The notes: generated from the sequence alone by a model not told the origin. A stretch of DNA of 64,000 nucleotides from Prochlorococcus sp. AG-347-K16 (GCA_003281405.1 QCCD01000001.1:68866-132865); one strand, 5' to 3'; positions 1 to 8,355 are shown, counted from the stretch's first letter. Program-made: numbers and translations.

Positions 1-1
1 T

Positions 2-55
2 GTAATTGGCAATATGGGTAAAGCGTTTTTAAGAAATGCTGGAATTATGGGTTAG
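2..55 (+). CDS. Possible 3' end of a gene entering the window (...VIGNMGKAFLRNAGIMG*)
   Basis: Open frame from base 2 to TAG at 53-55; too short to identify. Confidence 0.3.
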   Translation, partial: VIGNMGKAFLRNAGIMG

Positions 56-151
56 AAATTATTTATTTCTTTTTGGATAATCATCTTTACAATTTTGATT
101 CTTCAAATGAAACTATGATATTTTCTTGTCAAATTAATATTTAAATAAAAT

Positions 152-313
152 TTGGATAATAAAGAGCCAGAAAATCCAGTCGTTTATCTTTCTAATTTAG
201 TCAAGAAATTAGATGTAAAAAACAGAAATGGTGTAGTAGCCTTAGCAATAGTAAACCTTTTAGTAATTCTTTTATTTAAATTTTATTTGAAAGGATCTGG
301 ATTATTATCTTGA
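152..313 (+). CDS. Small membrane protein, 53 aa
   Basis: Read by hand: TTG start, MDNKEPENPVVYLSNLVKKLDVKNRNGVVALAIVNLLVILLFKFYLKGSGLLS*; one hydrophobic helix. Confidence 0.6.
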   Translation: MDNKEPENPVVYLSNLVKKLDVKNRNGVVALAIVNLLVILLFKFYLKGSGLLS

Positions 314-331
314 ATTTGCTTGCGGTTATTA

Positions 332-645
332 TTATTCAGCATTCTCAAATTGCTTTGCTAATCTAAATGCCTTCTTAATTATTAGAAAGCCACCGTATGC
401 TCCTGCCAGTAAAGGTAATACCATTAAAGGGTTAGAGGAATAATCTGAATAATTTTTCACACCCCAACATATTCATAACCTGAACATTTAAGAAAAACAA
501 AGCTAAAAAATGTGATACTCCAACCAATGATTGATAAAAAGCCACCTTTTTTATCTCCTTCGTAGAATCTGTCTAGACCTAAGCCCCAGCCTCCTATTAG
601 GAATATTCCTATAACAACTGAATTTTTTTCTTGATTTCTAAGCAT
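332..645 (-). pseudogene. TM2-domain membrane protein gene split by a 1-bp frameshift
   Basis: The 62-aa ORF carries the TM2 motif GLGLDRFYEG and stops at 457. A second frame continues from the GGGG run as GVKNYSDYSSNPLMVLPLLAGAYGGFLIIKKAFRLAKQFENAE* to 332. Total span is 314 nt, one short of a multiple of 3. Confidence 0.7.
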
Positions 646-653
646 AATAAAAA

Positions 654-670
654 ATGTTCATTATGAACAT
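654..670. promoter_or_regulatory. Perfect 17-bp palindrome ATGTTCAT-T-ATGAACAT, putative operator
   Basis: Inverted repeat seen directly, 8 nt upstream of the TM2 gene start. Confidence 0.35.
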
Positions 671-800
671 AACCTATTTGTATTTAAGATGTGAGATGTT
701 TTTATTAATTAATCTTTAAAATAAATTTTTAATGGTTTTTTCTATAAATTACAAAAATATTATTCAGTGTTTTAATTAATCATTAAAGAAAGATTGCCTT

Positions 801-1550
801 TTAATTTAACAAGGAAATTGAAGGCCTTATATAAATAAAAATAGACCCATACATATCCTGCATGATTCTCATTTCTTCGTCTAAATAAACAATTGAAACC
901 TGGCAATTTGGCGATTCTTTATTCCAAGGTAACTTATTCCATACCTCTTTAACTGGATACCATCTATCCATAAGTAATTCACTAAATAATGGAATCTTAT
1001 TAAGTCCATCAACTTTGGATACCTTTGTCTTTTGTAAGTTCATATCAAGTAATTTGTTTCTTAAAACTAAATCACTTCCTAGGGTGATTACTCTGCCACC
1101 AAAAGTAGGTAATAGTTTGAACCAACCCAAGATAGGAATTGTTGTGAGGCCAAATATTGTAGTGTCAAAAGTAGATATAAATTCTTTTTTGTCAAAATCA
1201 ATCTTTTGAGCAATTCTTCCAATAGTTGATATACCAAAGGATCCTACTTGCAATTGATGTAATTTAAAAAAAAGATTACTTTTAAATTCATCATTTAATG
1301 CCTTTTCAATAGCAAGGAAAAAAGGAGAACTTCGAAATAATTCAACATTAGAAAAAATCAATTCCCACTCTCCAGACAATAATTTTTCTGATATTTCAAA
1401 ACTAAAGTCTTTAAGAGCATCAATTAATTCATCCATTTCATTAGCTTTTTCCTCATACATAGGAGAAATTAATTTATTTAATCTTTGCCCTCTATCTGTA
1501 ACAGCAGCTATTTTATATATATTTGACTTTATCTCTCCAATTTCTTTCAT
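801..1550 (-). CDS. PAP/fibrillin family protein
   Basis: 249 aa; TDRG motif, LLSGEWELIFS, C-terminal YLDEEMRIMQDMYGSIFIY typical of fibrillin lipocalin fold. Confidence 0.85.
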   Translation of the reverse strand: MKEIGEIKSNIYKIAAVTDRGQRLNKLISPMYEEKANEMDELIDALKDFSFEISEKLLSGEWELIFSNVELFRSSPFFLAIEKALNDEFKSNLFFKLHQLQVGSFGISTIGRIAQKIDFDKKEFISTFDTTIFGLTTIPILGWFKLLPTFGGRVITLGSDLVLRNKLLDMNLQKTKVSKVDGLNKIPLFSELLMDRWYPVKEVWNKLPWNKESPNCQVSIVYLDEEMRIMQDMYGSIFIYIRPSISLLN

Positions 1551-1635
1551 AACTCCAATACGAGAAATACTAATTAATCTTAGGAAGTTAATTTGAATTT
1601 GATGGCAATTACAATAATACTGGTAATAAAATCAA

Positions 1636-1818
1636 TTAATATTCTCCCCACCTTTTACCAATATCAAAACCCCATTCAGTGGTTAATCTAATTACTTCAT
1701 CATGATTCTTGCATTTTGAAAGGGATAACTTTTTACTAGGATTATTTTTTATTAGCTCAGCAATTTGATTAAGTTGCTCTATTTTTTTTAGAAAATTACT
1801 TAGATCTTTATCTGACAT
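1636..1818 (-). CDS. Nif11-like domain protein, stand-alone
   Basis: 60 aa; MSDKDLSNFLKK...DEVIRLTTEWGFDIGKRWGE resembles the N-terminus of picocyanobacterial Nif11/cupin proteins. Confidence 0.7.
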   Translation of the reverse strand: MSDKDLSNFLKKIEQLNQIAELIKNNPSKKLSLSKCKNHDEVIRLTTEWGFDIGKRWGEY

Positions 1819-1822
1819 TTAT

Positions 1823-1930
1823 CTAGGAAGTAAATTTTTGATCATAAGTAAATATGTAATAAAGAACCCAGGCAACACCAATAATGAGAATTGCAATCAT
1901 TATATTTACTGACCAAACTACTTCTATCAT
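1823..1930 (-). CDS. Small membrane protein, 35 aa
   Basis: Read by hand: MIEVVWSVNIMIAILIIGVAWVLYYIFTYDQKFTS*; co-oriented directly upstream of the Nif11-like gene. Confidence 0.65.
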   Translation of the reverse strand: MIEVVWSVNIMIAILIIGVAWVLYYIFTYDQKFTS

Positions 1931-2056
1931 GTAATTTTTTTGTATATTTTTAATATATCCAAAATTTAAACTAAATTAATCGTTAATAATTTAAATCAAG
2001 AACAATACACTACTTTTTCTAAGTGTATAAAATAGTCTTAAATAGTTTAAAAAATT

Positions 2057-2236
2057 ATGGGAGAAGCTAAGAGAAGGGAAGAGTTAGGCTTACCACCTAG
2101 AGAAAAGAAAAAGGAAAAACAAACATCGAAAAATCAACTAAACAAAATTTTAAATAAATATCCTTATTTACCTTTCATTTTAGGTTTTTCATTACTAGCA
2201 ATATTAATTATCGATTTAGTTAATTACTACAAATAG
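2057..2236 (+). CDS. DUF2839 family protein, 59 aa
   Basis: Read by hand: MGEAKRREELGLPPR... N-terminus characteristic of DUF2839, followed by a TM helix. Confidence 0.85.
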   Translation: MGEAKRREELGLPPREKKKEKQTSKNQLNKILNKYPYLPFILGFSLLAILIIDLVNYYK

Positions 2237-2321
2237 ATATATAAAAAGGGGATACTTTTAGCAGAAGAGAAGATTATCTTCGCAATTGAGAAATTATTTT
2301 TCCATAATAAAAATAAAACTC

Positions 2322-2507
2322 ATGAAATCGATTAACACCTCATGCGCCTTAATTTTAGGGGCACTAACTTTCTTTTCAATGTCTAATGCAAATGCAGGTG
2401 GTTGCAGTTCTCATACTGAGAAGAAGGCAGAAATTGAATGCTTTTCTGATGATAAAAAATGTATAGAAGCGAAAGAAAAAGAATCACTATACAAAGTTGA
2501 GGCCTAA
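2322..2507 (+). CDS. Small secreted Cys-containing protein
   Basis: ATG at 2322 within track ORF 2286..2507; signal peptide ending ANA-GGCSSH; three Cys in the mature part. Confidence 0.7.
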   Translation: MKSINTSCALILGALTFFSMSNANAGGCSSHTEKKAEIECFSDDKKCIEAKEKESLYKVEA

Positions 2508-2810
2508 ATGTTTGATAATCTTGGAACTGCTCTAGTACAGGCATTAGGCTTCTTTGCTGTTTTTGGTTTTTTTGTATATCAAACTTTATTCGCAGATAGA
2601 AAACCCAAAAATTCAAAATCAAATCCTAAAAAAACAAAGATTGCCGACACAAAAGAATCAATTAAAAAAGAACCTAAAAAAGGCTTATTTAACAGAAAAT
2701 CTAAACCTGTTGAAGAGAATTTACCAGTCCAAAAAAAGGGATTATTTGGGAGAAAAAAAGAAGTTATTAAAGAAGAGATTAAACCAAAGAAAAAAGGTTG
2801 GTTTAAATAG
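2508..2810 (+). CDS. Hypothetical membrane-anchored Lys-rich protein
   Basis: 100 aa; N-terminal TM then repeated KKGLF/KKGWF motifs; abuts the previous gene. Confidence 0.75.
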   Translation: MFDNLGTALVQALGFFAVFGFFVYQTLFADRKPKNSKSNPKKTKIADTKESIKKEPKKGLFNRKSKPVEENLPVQKKGLFGRKKEVIKEEIKPKKKGWFK

Positions 2811-2896
2811 GTAAAGGTACTTAAACTCTATTTTGATATCTTTTATACAAAAAATAATTATAGTAACTTTATAATCCATAGAAGATAACATTTAAA

Positions 2897-3031
2897 ATGA
2901 ATCATAGAGAAATCACAAAAAAATATAGCGATTTACTTAATAAGGCTGAGTTTGCTACTGGCCGTAAGGAAGTTGTAGGTCTTTTAAAAAAAGCTGCCAA
3001 ATTGAAATCTCAGATTGAAATCAATTATTAG
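2897..3031 (+). CDS. Small hypothetical protein, 44 aa
   Basis: Read by hand: MNHREITKKYSDLLNKAEFATGRKEVVGLLKKAAKLKSQIEINY*. Confidence 0.65.
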   Translation: MNHREITKKYSDLLNKAEFATGRKEVVGLLKKAAKLKSQIEINY

Positions 3032-3116
3032 ACCTTAAAATTAGTTTAATTCTAAATGTAAAAATTTTTTTTAAATAAGTTTTTACATGAGATAATCTGC
3101 TTAAATTATTTTTCTT

Positions 3117-3296
3117 ATGAATAAAAAAGGTTATACAACCGAAAGCGGTGGTAGACAAAATGGTTTTGCAATTGAACCAGAAATTAACCCCATGTCAGAA
3201 GGTGAATCAAAGAAATCCATATTTTTATTTATTGGAATATTATTACCTTTTCTAATAGGCGGTTTTTATTATTTAAGGACTCTGAATATATTCTGA
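3117..3296 (+). CDS. psb34: Ssl1498/Psb34-family (HLIP-like) single-helix protein, 59 aa
   Basis: Read by hand: MNKKGYTTESGGRQNGFAIEPE... matches the family motif YTTxxGGRxNxFAxEP, plus a C-terminal TM helix. Confidence 0.75.
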   Translation: MNKKGYTTESGGRQNGFAIEPEINPMSEGESKKSIFLFIGILLPFLIGGFYYLRTLNIF

Positions 3297-3300
3297 TATT

Positions 3301-3480
3301 TTACAAGCCATTTTTAGCAATATATTCTTCTGAACTAACTATATCTTGCATTAAGCTCTCTGATGAAGGATTAAATCCATTTTGCTCTAAAAAAGATTTA
3401 ACCTTTTCAAATTTTTGCTGAATTTTTTTTGTATACGGAGTTGTCATCAAATAATCGTCCTTTTCTGTTGAATAGTTCAT
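3301..3480 (-). CDS. Small hypothetical protein, 59 aa
   Basis: Read by hand: MNYSTEKDDYLMTTPYTKKIQQKFEKVKSFLEQNGFNPSSESLMQDIVSSEEYIAKNGL*. Confidence 0.6.
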   Translation of the reverse strand: MNYSTEKDDYLMTTPYTKKIQQKFEKVKSFLEQNGFNPSSESLMQDIVSSEEYIAKNGL

Positions 3481-3615
3481 TTGATTAACGGATTACTTTT
3501 ACAATTAAATTTTGCAAAATATGCTATTGCTAGTGAAGTTATAAATATTACATAAATAATCTAATAGTAATAAATACTTATAAATTGTTTGTGTGAGATT
3601 GCTATTGGTTGATTT

Positions 3616-3903
3616 TTAAAGAGTACTTATAGTAACTAGTTCCATTAAATCTCTGGACTTCAGATATTTTTGAAATACTTCAGAATAAAATGCTTTTTTA
3701 GCAGCAAATTTTGATTCGAATTCTATTACTAATCCAAGCTGCCCTCCGTCCCATTCATTTGAGGTTGATTCTTGTATCAAATCTCTTTTTACTATTACTC
3801 CTCCCACAGATTTAATCCAAGGTAATACTGTCCTTATATATTCCAGAAATAAATCAGCATTTGGAATTGAAATTTTCTTTAGCCAATAGCTCTTTGTCAT
3901 CAA
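3616..3903 (-). CDS. DUF1330 family protein
   Basis: 95 aa; YIRTVLPWIKSVGG and VIEFESKFAAKKAFYSEVFQ match the DUF1330 pattern. Confidence 0.8.
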   Translation of the reverse strand: MMTKSYWLKKISIPNADLFLEYIRTVLPWIKSVGGVIVKRDLIQESTSNEWDGGQLGLVIEFESKFAAKKAFYSEVFQKYLKSRDLMELVTISTL

Positions 3904-3978
3904 ATCAACATATTCTGGGTAGAATATAGCACATGGAGGTAAGTATTTATCCTTATCTATTTATTCAGTGGTTATAAA

Positions 3979-4521
3979 ATGGAATGCGAAGATGATTTAT
4001 TAAATTTACTTCTTGAATCTCCAAATTCAGATAGTATACAGACTATTGCCGAACAACTTGAAATTGATCATAATTTTTCGTTTAGCAAAGATAGAAATGA
4101 TTTACAGGGTGTTTGGGAGCTTAGGTGGAGTAGTTCTAATAGTCCTTTTTTAAAATATTCTCCTTTTATTGATAATCTTCAAATTCTTGATCCCTTCAAT
4201 TTAAATGGTCTTAATTTACTTAAACCTAGAGGAATAAAATCAATTATTGGTACTGGTATTTTAATAAGACTTAATTACATAAATGAAAAAAAAATTGGGG
4301 TCAAATTTACACATGCTGGTGTTATAGGTCCTAAATTTGGAAGAAAAAATATAAATGCTATGAAAGAAATAAAAAATGAACAATTAGGGTGGTTAGAGAT
4401 AACTTATTTAAGTAATAAGCTTAGAATCTGCAGAGGTGATAAAGGAACTTTATTTGTTTTAAGAAAAATAAATTCACAGACTTTATTTAAGAATTTTAAG
4501 GAATTTATTAAAATCTATTAA
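3979..4521 (+). CDS. PAP/fibrillin family protein (second copy)
   Basis: 180 aa; LQGVWELRWSSS and WLEITYLSNKLRICRGDKGTLFVL. Confidence 0.85.
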   Translation: MECEDDLLNLLLESPNSDSIQTIAEQLEIDHNFSFSKDRNDLQGVWELRWSSSNSPFLKYSPFIDNLQILDPFNLNGLNLLKPRGIKSIIGTGILIRLNYINEKKIGVKFTHAGVIGPKFGRKNINAMKEIKNEQLGWLEITYLSNKLRICRGDKGTLFVLRKINSQTLFKNFKEFIKIY

Positions 4522-4530
4522 AAATATAAA

Positions 4531-4824
4531 TTAATTCTTTATCCAAATAGACTTTAATACGAAATAAATTGGTAAATATTTAAAAGATTCTTTAGGTATT
4601 TCATAACTTAAGAATTTTAGCGCTTCTTCTAACCAGTAACCAATATCAAATCCTAAAAAAATTTTTTCTACAACAAACCAAAATTCTTTATCAAATATAA
4701 TTCTGAAGTTTAAGTAAATATATTCCCAATGAAAGGTATTCCAATATTGGGTTAAAAATGAGGATAAAATAAGCCAAAGTGATATAAATATAAAACTTTT
4801 AAGAAATTTATAAAATTTTTTCAT
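4531..4824 (-). CDS. Hypothetical membrane protein
   Basis: 97-aa ORF, aromatic- and hydrophobic-rich. Confidence 0.6.
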   Translation of the reverse strand: MKKFYKFLKSFIFISLWLILSSFLTQYWNTFHWEYIYLNFRIIFDKEFWFVVEKIFLGFDIGYWLEEALKFLSYEIPKESFKYLPIYFVLKSIWIKN

Positions 4825-4955
4825 ATACCAGCAACTTTCTTATTGGATTTCAAATATCCCTTATTATTATTGGGATCAAATTTTATTTCCATGAAATGTA
4901 TCCAAAAAGATATAAAAACATTAAGAAAATAGTAAGTTTTCGTGGAATTAATAAT

Positions 4956-5081
4956 CTATTCTTCTTTTTTTAGATTCTGAGCCTTTAGATTTTTATCTTT
5001 TAGAAAAAATCCTAAAAACAGAAAAGCAAAATATATTAGTAAACTTATGGCAAAAATTAAAACTATCTTTGAAATATCCAT
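4956..5081 (-). CDS. Small membrane protein, 41 aa
   Basis: Read by hand: MDISKIVLIFAISLLIYFAFLFLGFFLKDKNLKAQNLKKEE*. Confidence 0.55.
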   Translation of the reverse strand: MDISKIVLIFAISLLIYFAFLFLGFFLKDKNLKAQNLKKEE

Positions 5082-5199
5082 AAAAGATTTTTATACATAA
5101 ATTACAGCATTTTTTGCAAAGTTTTATCTAAGGTAATGATTTTTCATTTATCACGATAACGAGCTTCAATTATTAAGCTAATAATATTATTTAAATCAT

Positions 5200-5604
5200 A
5201 TGCAAGTAGCTTTTGCCTGGAGTCTTTGTCTATCAGTTGGTGTTGTTTTATTATCAATTATTCCATTAACTATAGGCCGAGTTAAAGCGGGATATTCTGT
5301 TGAAAATATGTCTGCTCCAAGAGCTTTATTCGATGAATTACCTTCTTTTGGAAAAAGAGCAGTTTGGTGTCATCAAAATTGTTGGGAAAGTATTTCCCTA
5401 CATGCACCCGCATGTCTTCTTTGTTTGATTACTTTAACTGACTCTAATATTGCAATAATTGCAGCATTGATTCATCCTATTTTTCGTTTTTTATATATTG
5501 GTGCATATGTATTTAATATCCCAACAGCTAGAGGTTTAATGTGGGCCTCAGGAATTTTTACAACACTTTTGCTTTACAAAGAAGGCTTAACACAATTGAT
5601 ATAA
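5200..5604 (+). CDS. MAPEG family membrane protein
   Basis: 134 aa; APRA...RAVWCHQNCWES...RFLYIGAY typical of bacterial MAPEG. Confidence 0.85.
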   Translation: MQVAFAWSLCLSVGVVLLSIIPLTIGRVKAGYSVENMSAPRALFDELPSFGKRAVWCHQNCWESISLHAPACLLCLITLTDSNIAIIAALIHPIFRFLYIGAYVFNIPTARGLMWASGIFTTLLLYKEGLTQLI

Positions 5605-5609
5605 ACTAT

Positions 5610-6479
5610 TTAAACAATAAACTTTTCTAAATCTTTTAATTGATATTCATTGATTAATTCCACTTTATTTGATTTTGCTAGTTGATGAGCAGACTTCGTA
5701 AAGCCTGATTTTGAGACTATTATTGCATGTGTGCCTTTCCAAAATAATTTACCAGCTGAAATTTCCTGAACTGCTTTATTTCCAATAGCTTTTTCATGAT
5801 CTTTGCATTGTATACATATTCTCAAATCATTTATTGACGCAATTAAGTCAACCCCTTGATCTCCTGTATTAGGGGTTTCTTTTACTTCCCAGCCATTTTG
5901 TTTGAGAATTTCCATACAATGATTTTCAAATCTAATACCTTTTTTGTAGTTTTCATTGTTTTTACTTGAGTAGTTTTTTTCTATTAGGTTTAAGCATGAT
6001 TTCTCTATTTGACTTGCTATAAAAACAAACCAATCATCAGTCTCGAGCTTTCTAATAGATCCAACTATTTCATCATCAATAGTAGGATTTTCATTACAAT
6101 ACGATCTCCACTTTTCGAAAAATAATTCCATACTTCCAAATTGTTTTAAAATTACTTTTTCCCAGAAGTATGGTATACCTTCTTTAAATCTTTTAGATCC
6201 ATTAAATATATTTTTCTCAATGGCTTTTTCATCAAGAGGTGGATTGCCAATCCATTTTTTATAATCCTCGTTACCGTAAGCATCTATTTCCCTTAATCTG
6301 ATCCTCTCCTCTAACAAATTGTATTTGTTCTCGTCTATTAAATTATTTATTGTTTGAATAAAGAAATTGGAATTTAAGGCATTATTTAACTTTAACTTTT
6401 TCTTTTTAATTTGATAATTTCTTACAATTATAAAAATTAAAAAAATGATAAAAATAATTAAAATAAAAAAATTTTTCAT
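5610..6479 (-). CDS. Mrr-like (Mrr_cat) restriction endonuclease with N-terminal TM anchor
   Basis: 289 aa; FENHC...GDQGVDLIA...IQCK...AVQEI...SGFT..A PD-(D/E)xK Mrr motif; first 20 aa hydrophobic. Confidence 0.85.
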   Translation of the reverse strand: MKNFFILIIFIIFLIFIIVRNYQIKKKKLKLNNALNSNFFIQTINNLIDENKYNLLEERIRLREIDAYGNEDYKKWIGNPPLDEKAIEKNIFNGSKRFKEGIPYFWEKVILKQFGSMELFFEKWRSYCNENPTIDDEIVGSIRKLETDDWFVFIASQIEKSCLNLIEKNYSSKNNENYKKGIRFENHCMEILKQNGWEVKETPNTGDQGVDLIASINDLRICIQCKDHEKAIGNKAVQEISAGKLFWKGTHAIIVSKSGFTKSAHQLAKSNKVELINEYQLKDLEKFIV

Positions 6480-6497
6480 TAAAGATTTTTTTTCTAT

Positions 6498-6749
6498 TTA
6501 AAAAGTTTTTGTTTTTCTAATAACAAAATTATTTTTTGTTATTACTGAAGATTCATTTACTTCAAACCCATTAATTGCTGATATTTCTCCTTTTATGCCT
6601 TCTAATGTTAATTGCTCGATAATGCCTTTAATTACTTCATCCTCGACTAATTTTCTATCAATTCTTTCAGGTGTAATATCTGTAAGCCATTTTGAGGTCT
6701 TTTTTTTTACAACCTCTGTAGGGTTAGTTATTTTTAAGTAGATAGCCAT
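6498..6749 (-). CDS. Hypothetical protein
   Basis: 83-aa ORF, co-oriented upstream of the Mrr-like gene. Confidence 0.7.
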   Translation of the reverse strand: MAIYLKITNPTEVVKKKTSKWLTDITPERIDRKLVEDEVIKGIIEQLTLEGIKGEISAINGFEVNESSVITKNNFVIRKTKTF

Positions 6750-6789
6750 TTTTTAAGTCATTCAGTTGAATTATAAGCATTAAATCTTC

Positions 6790-6987
6790 TTAACTTTTAT
6801 CATTGTCATTACTTTCCCACTCAAGAAATTGAAAAACAAAAATTGCAAAGATAGAGAAAAATACTATAAACAACCCTAACCATCCTATAAATTTGTGCTC
6901 TGTAAAAAGATTTGTGAGCATTGATTTTTCTTGATATCTTGATTCCATTTCATATTGATAAGAATCAATAACTTGAAATATATTCAT
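6790..6987 (-). CDS. Hypothetical membrane protein
   Basis: 65-aa ORF with one TM helix. Confidence 0.7.
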   Translation of the reverse strand: MNIFQVIDSYQYEMESRYQEKSMLTNLFTEHKFIGWLGLFIVFFSIFAIFVFQFLEWESNDNDKS

Positions 6988-7029
6988 AATTAATAAATTT
7001 AAAAATCATTCAATTGGCGGATAATAATT

Positions 7030-7449
7030 TCAACCGTTTAATTTACTAAAAGCCTCCGAAAGGAAATCTGGCCTTTTTCTTATTATAGAAAAATTCAGTT
7101 TATTTATTAAGACTAAATTGACTTGAGCAATCGTTAAGATTTCATTATTCTTGTTATAAAATTTTGAAATTACATTAATCCTAGGACTTTTATCAATATT
7201 GAATTCGCTCTCGATTGTTATTTTTTCACCAAGAAATAAAGGAGATTTATATTTTATTGAAGTATTGATTAAAGGTAAATCTAAGCCATTTTTAGTTAGT
7301 TCGAAATAACTTATACCTACTTCTGAAAGTGCATTTATTCGGCTTTCTTCAAGCCAATTAAAATATTTACCGTGCCACATTACGCCTGCATGATCTGCAT
7401 GTTGAGGTAAAACAATTTTTTCTATTTTCCAAACTGGTTTTGAGTTCAT
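7030..7449 (-). CDS. Acyl-CoA thioesterase (YbgC/FadM hotdog family)
   Basis: DHAGVMWHGKYFNWLEESR hotdog motif. Confidence 0.9.
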   Translation of the reverse strand: MNSKPVWKIEKIVLPQHADHAGVMWHGKYFNWLEESRINALSEVGISYFELTKNGLDLPLINTSIKYKSPLFLGEKITIESEFNIDKSPRINVISKFYNKNNEILTIAQVNLVLINKLNFSIIRKRPDFLSEAFSKLNG

Positions 7450-7554
7450 CTTCTATTTAAAAAATATTTTTATTAAATGAAACAACTTATTTTGATATTG
7501 TAGATTAATTTTGTTTATTAACATAAGAATAATCAAAACTATATTTATAAAGTT

Positions 7555-7791
7555 ATGTTTAATCGTAAAAATAGAAGTAGAAAAATGAAGAAGATTTTTC
7601 AATGGGAAGAATATTTAAATTGGAAAAATATGTCGAAGGAACAGAAATTAAATTTTAAGAGGGCGTGCTTATTCCCCTTTCTCGTTTATATAGTTTATGT
7701 TTTTCTTAATAAGTACTCCTTGCCAATTATTCTGTTAATAGGTCTTTATTTTTTAATTAGATTTAAAAATAGAAATAAGTTGGGAAGATAA
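7555..7791 (+). CDS. Hypothetical membrane protein
   Basis: 78-aa ORF with hydrophobic C-terminal half; start uncertain. Confidence 0.6.
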   Translation: MFNRKNRSRKMKKIFQWEEYLNWKNMSKEQKLNFKRACLFPFLVYIVYVFLNKYSLPIILLIGLYFLIRFKNRNKLGR

Positions 7792-7892
7792 ATATTTTTT
7801 GATTTTGATTTATATAGATTTGTTTTAAAATTATCTGGTTTTTCTAAATAACTCTATTGGCATATAACAATAGAATTAGATAAATTTTTTTT

Positions 7893-8129
7893 ATGAAAAG
7901 AATTGTTTTGTTTTTATGTGTATTAGTTTTTTCAATATTTTCTAATACGAATAATTTATTAGCAAAAGAAATTGAAAAAAACATTAAAGATAATATTTCT
8001 AGTGAAATTGAAGAACTTAAGCCTGATAATAAAAAAACTAATATTTCTAATTCTACGGTAGAAGATATATTTGGTGATGAACAAACTTTTCCATTCGTTG
8101 CAGGTTTAGGTAAAAATGCAGCCCATTGA
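7893..8129 (+). CDS. Hypothetical secreted protein
   Basis: Signal peptide; conserved-looking C-terminus DIFGDEQTFPFVAGLGKNAAH. Confidence 0.75.
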   Translation: MKRIVLFLCVLVFSIFSNTNNLLAKEIEKNIKDNISSEIEELKPDNKKTNISNSTVEDIFGDEQTFPFVAGLGKNAAH

Positions 8130-8171
8130 TTTTAAGGTTCTTGATAATGTAGAAAAGATTTTTTAATATTA

Positions 8172-8336
8172 ATGAAAGGTCTTAGGGTACTTGAACTTTC
8201 TGAAGCACTCAATTTTGATAGCGCTGATTTATTAGCTGTTTGTGCAATTCTAAAAATAAAAGCCACATCTAGATTAAGCATGCTTTCATTTGAAGAATGT
8301 AAAAAGATAACTGATTACTATGAAAATAAAAATTAG
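8172..8336 (+). CDS. Stand-alone IF-2 N-terminal-domain protein, 54 aa
   Basis: Read by hand: MKGLRVLELSEALNFDSADLLAVCAILKIKATSRLSML...; matches the IF2_N pattern RVxELAkel...l...c..lgI...S.lS. Confidence 0.8.
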   Translation: MKGLRVLELSEALNFDSADLLAVCAILKIKATSRLSMLSFEECKKITDYYENKN

Positions 8337-8355
8337 AATTTCTTTATAAATTATT

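Noticed and set aside
1015-2814. Track ORFs 1015..1209 (+), 2383..2622 (-) and 2554..2814 (+)
   Set aside because: Antisense or out-of-frame shadows of better-supported genes.
4821-4950. Short minus-strand frames between the 41-aa ORF and 4531..4824
   Set aside because: Only fragments of 23 aa or less with starts; no coherent gene or convincing frameshift.
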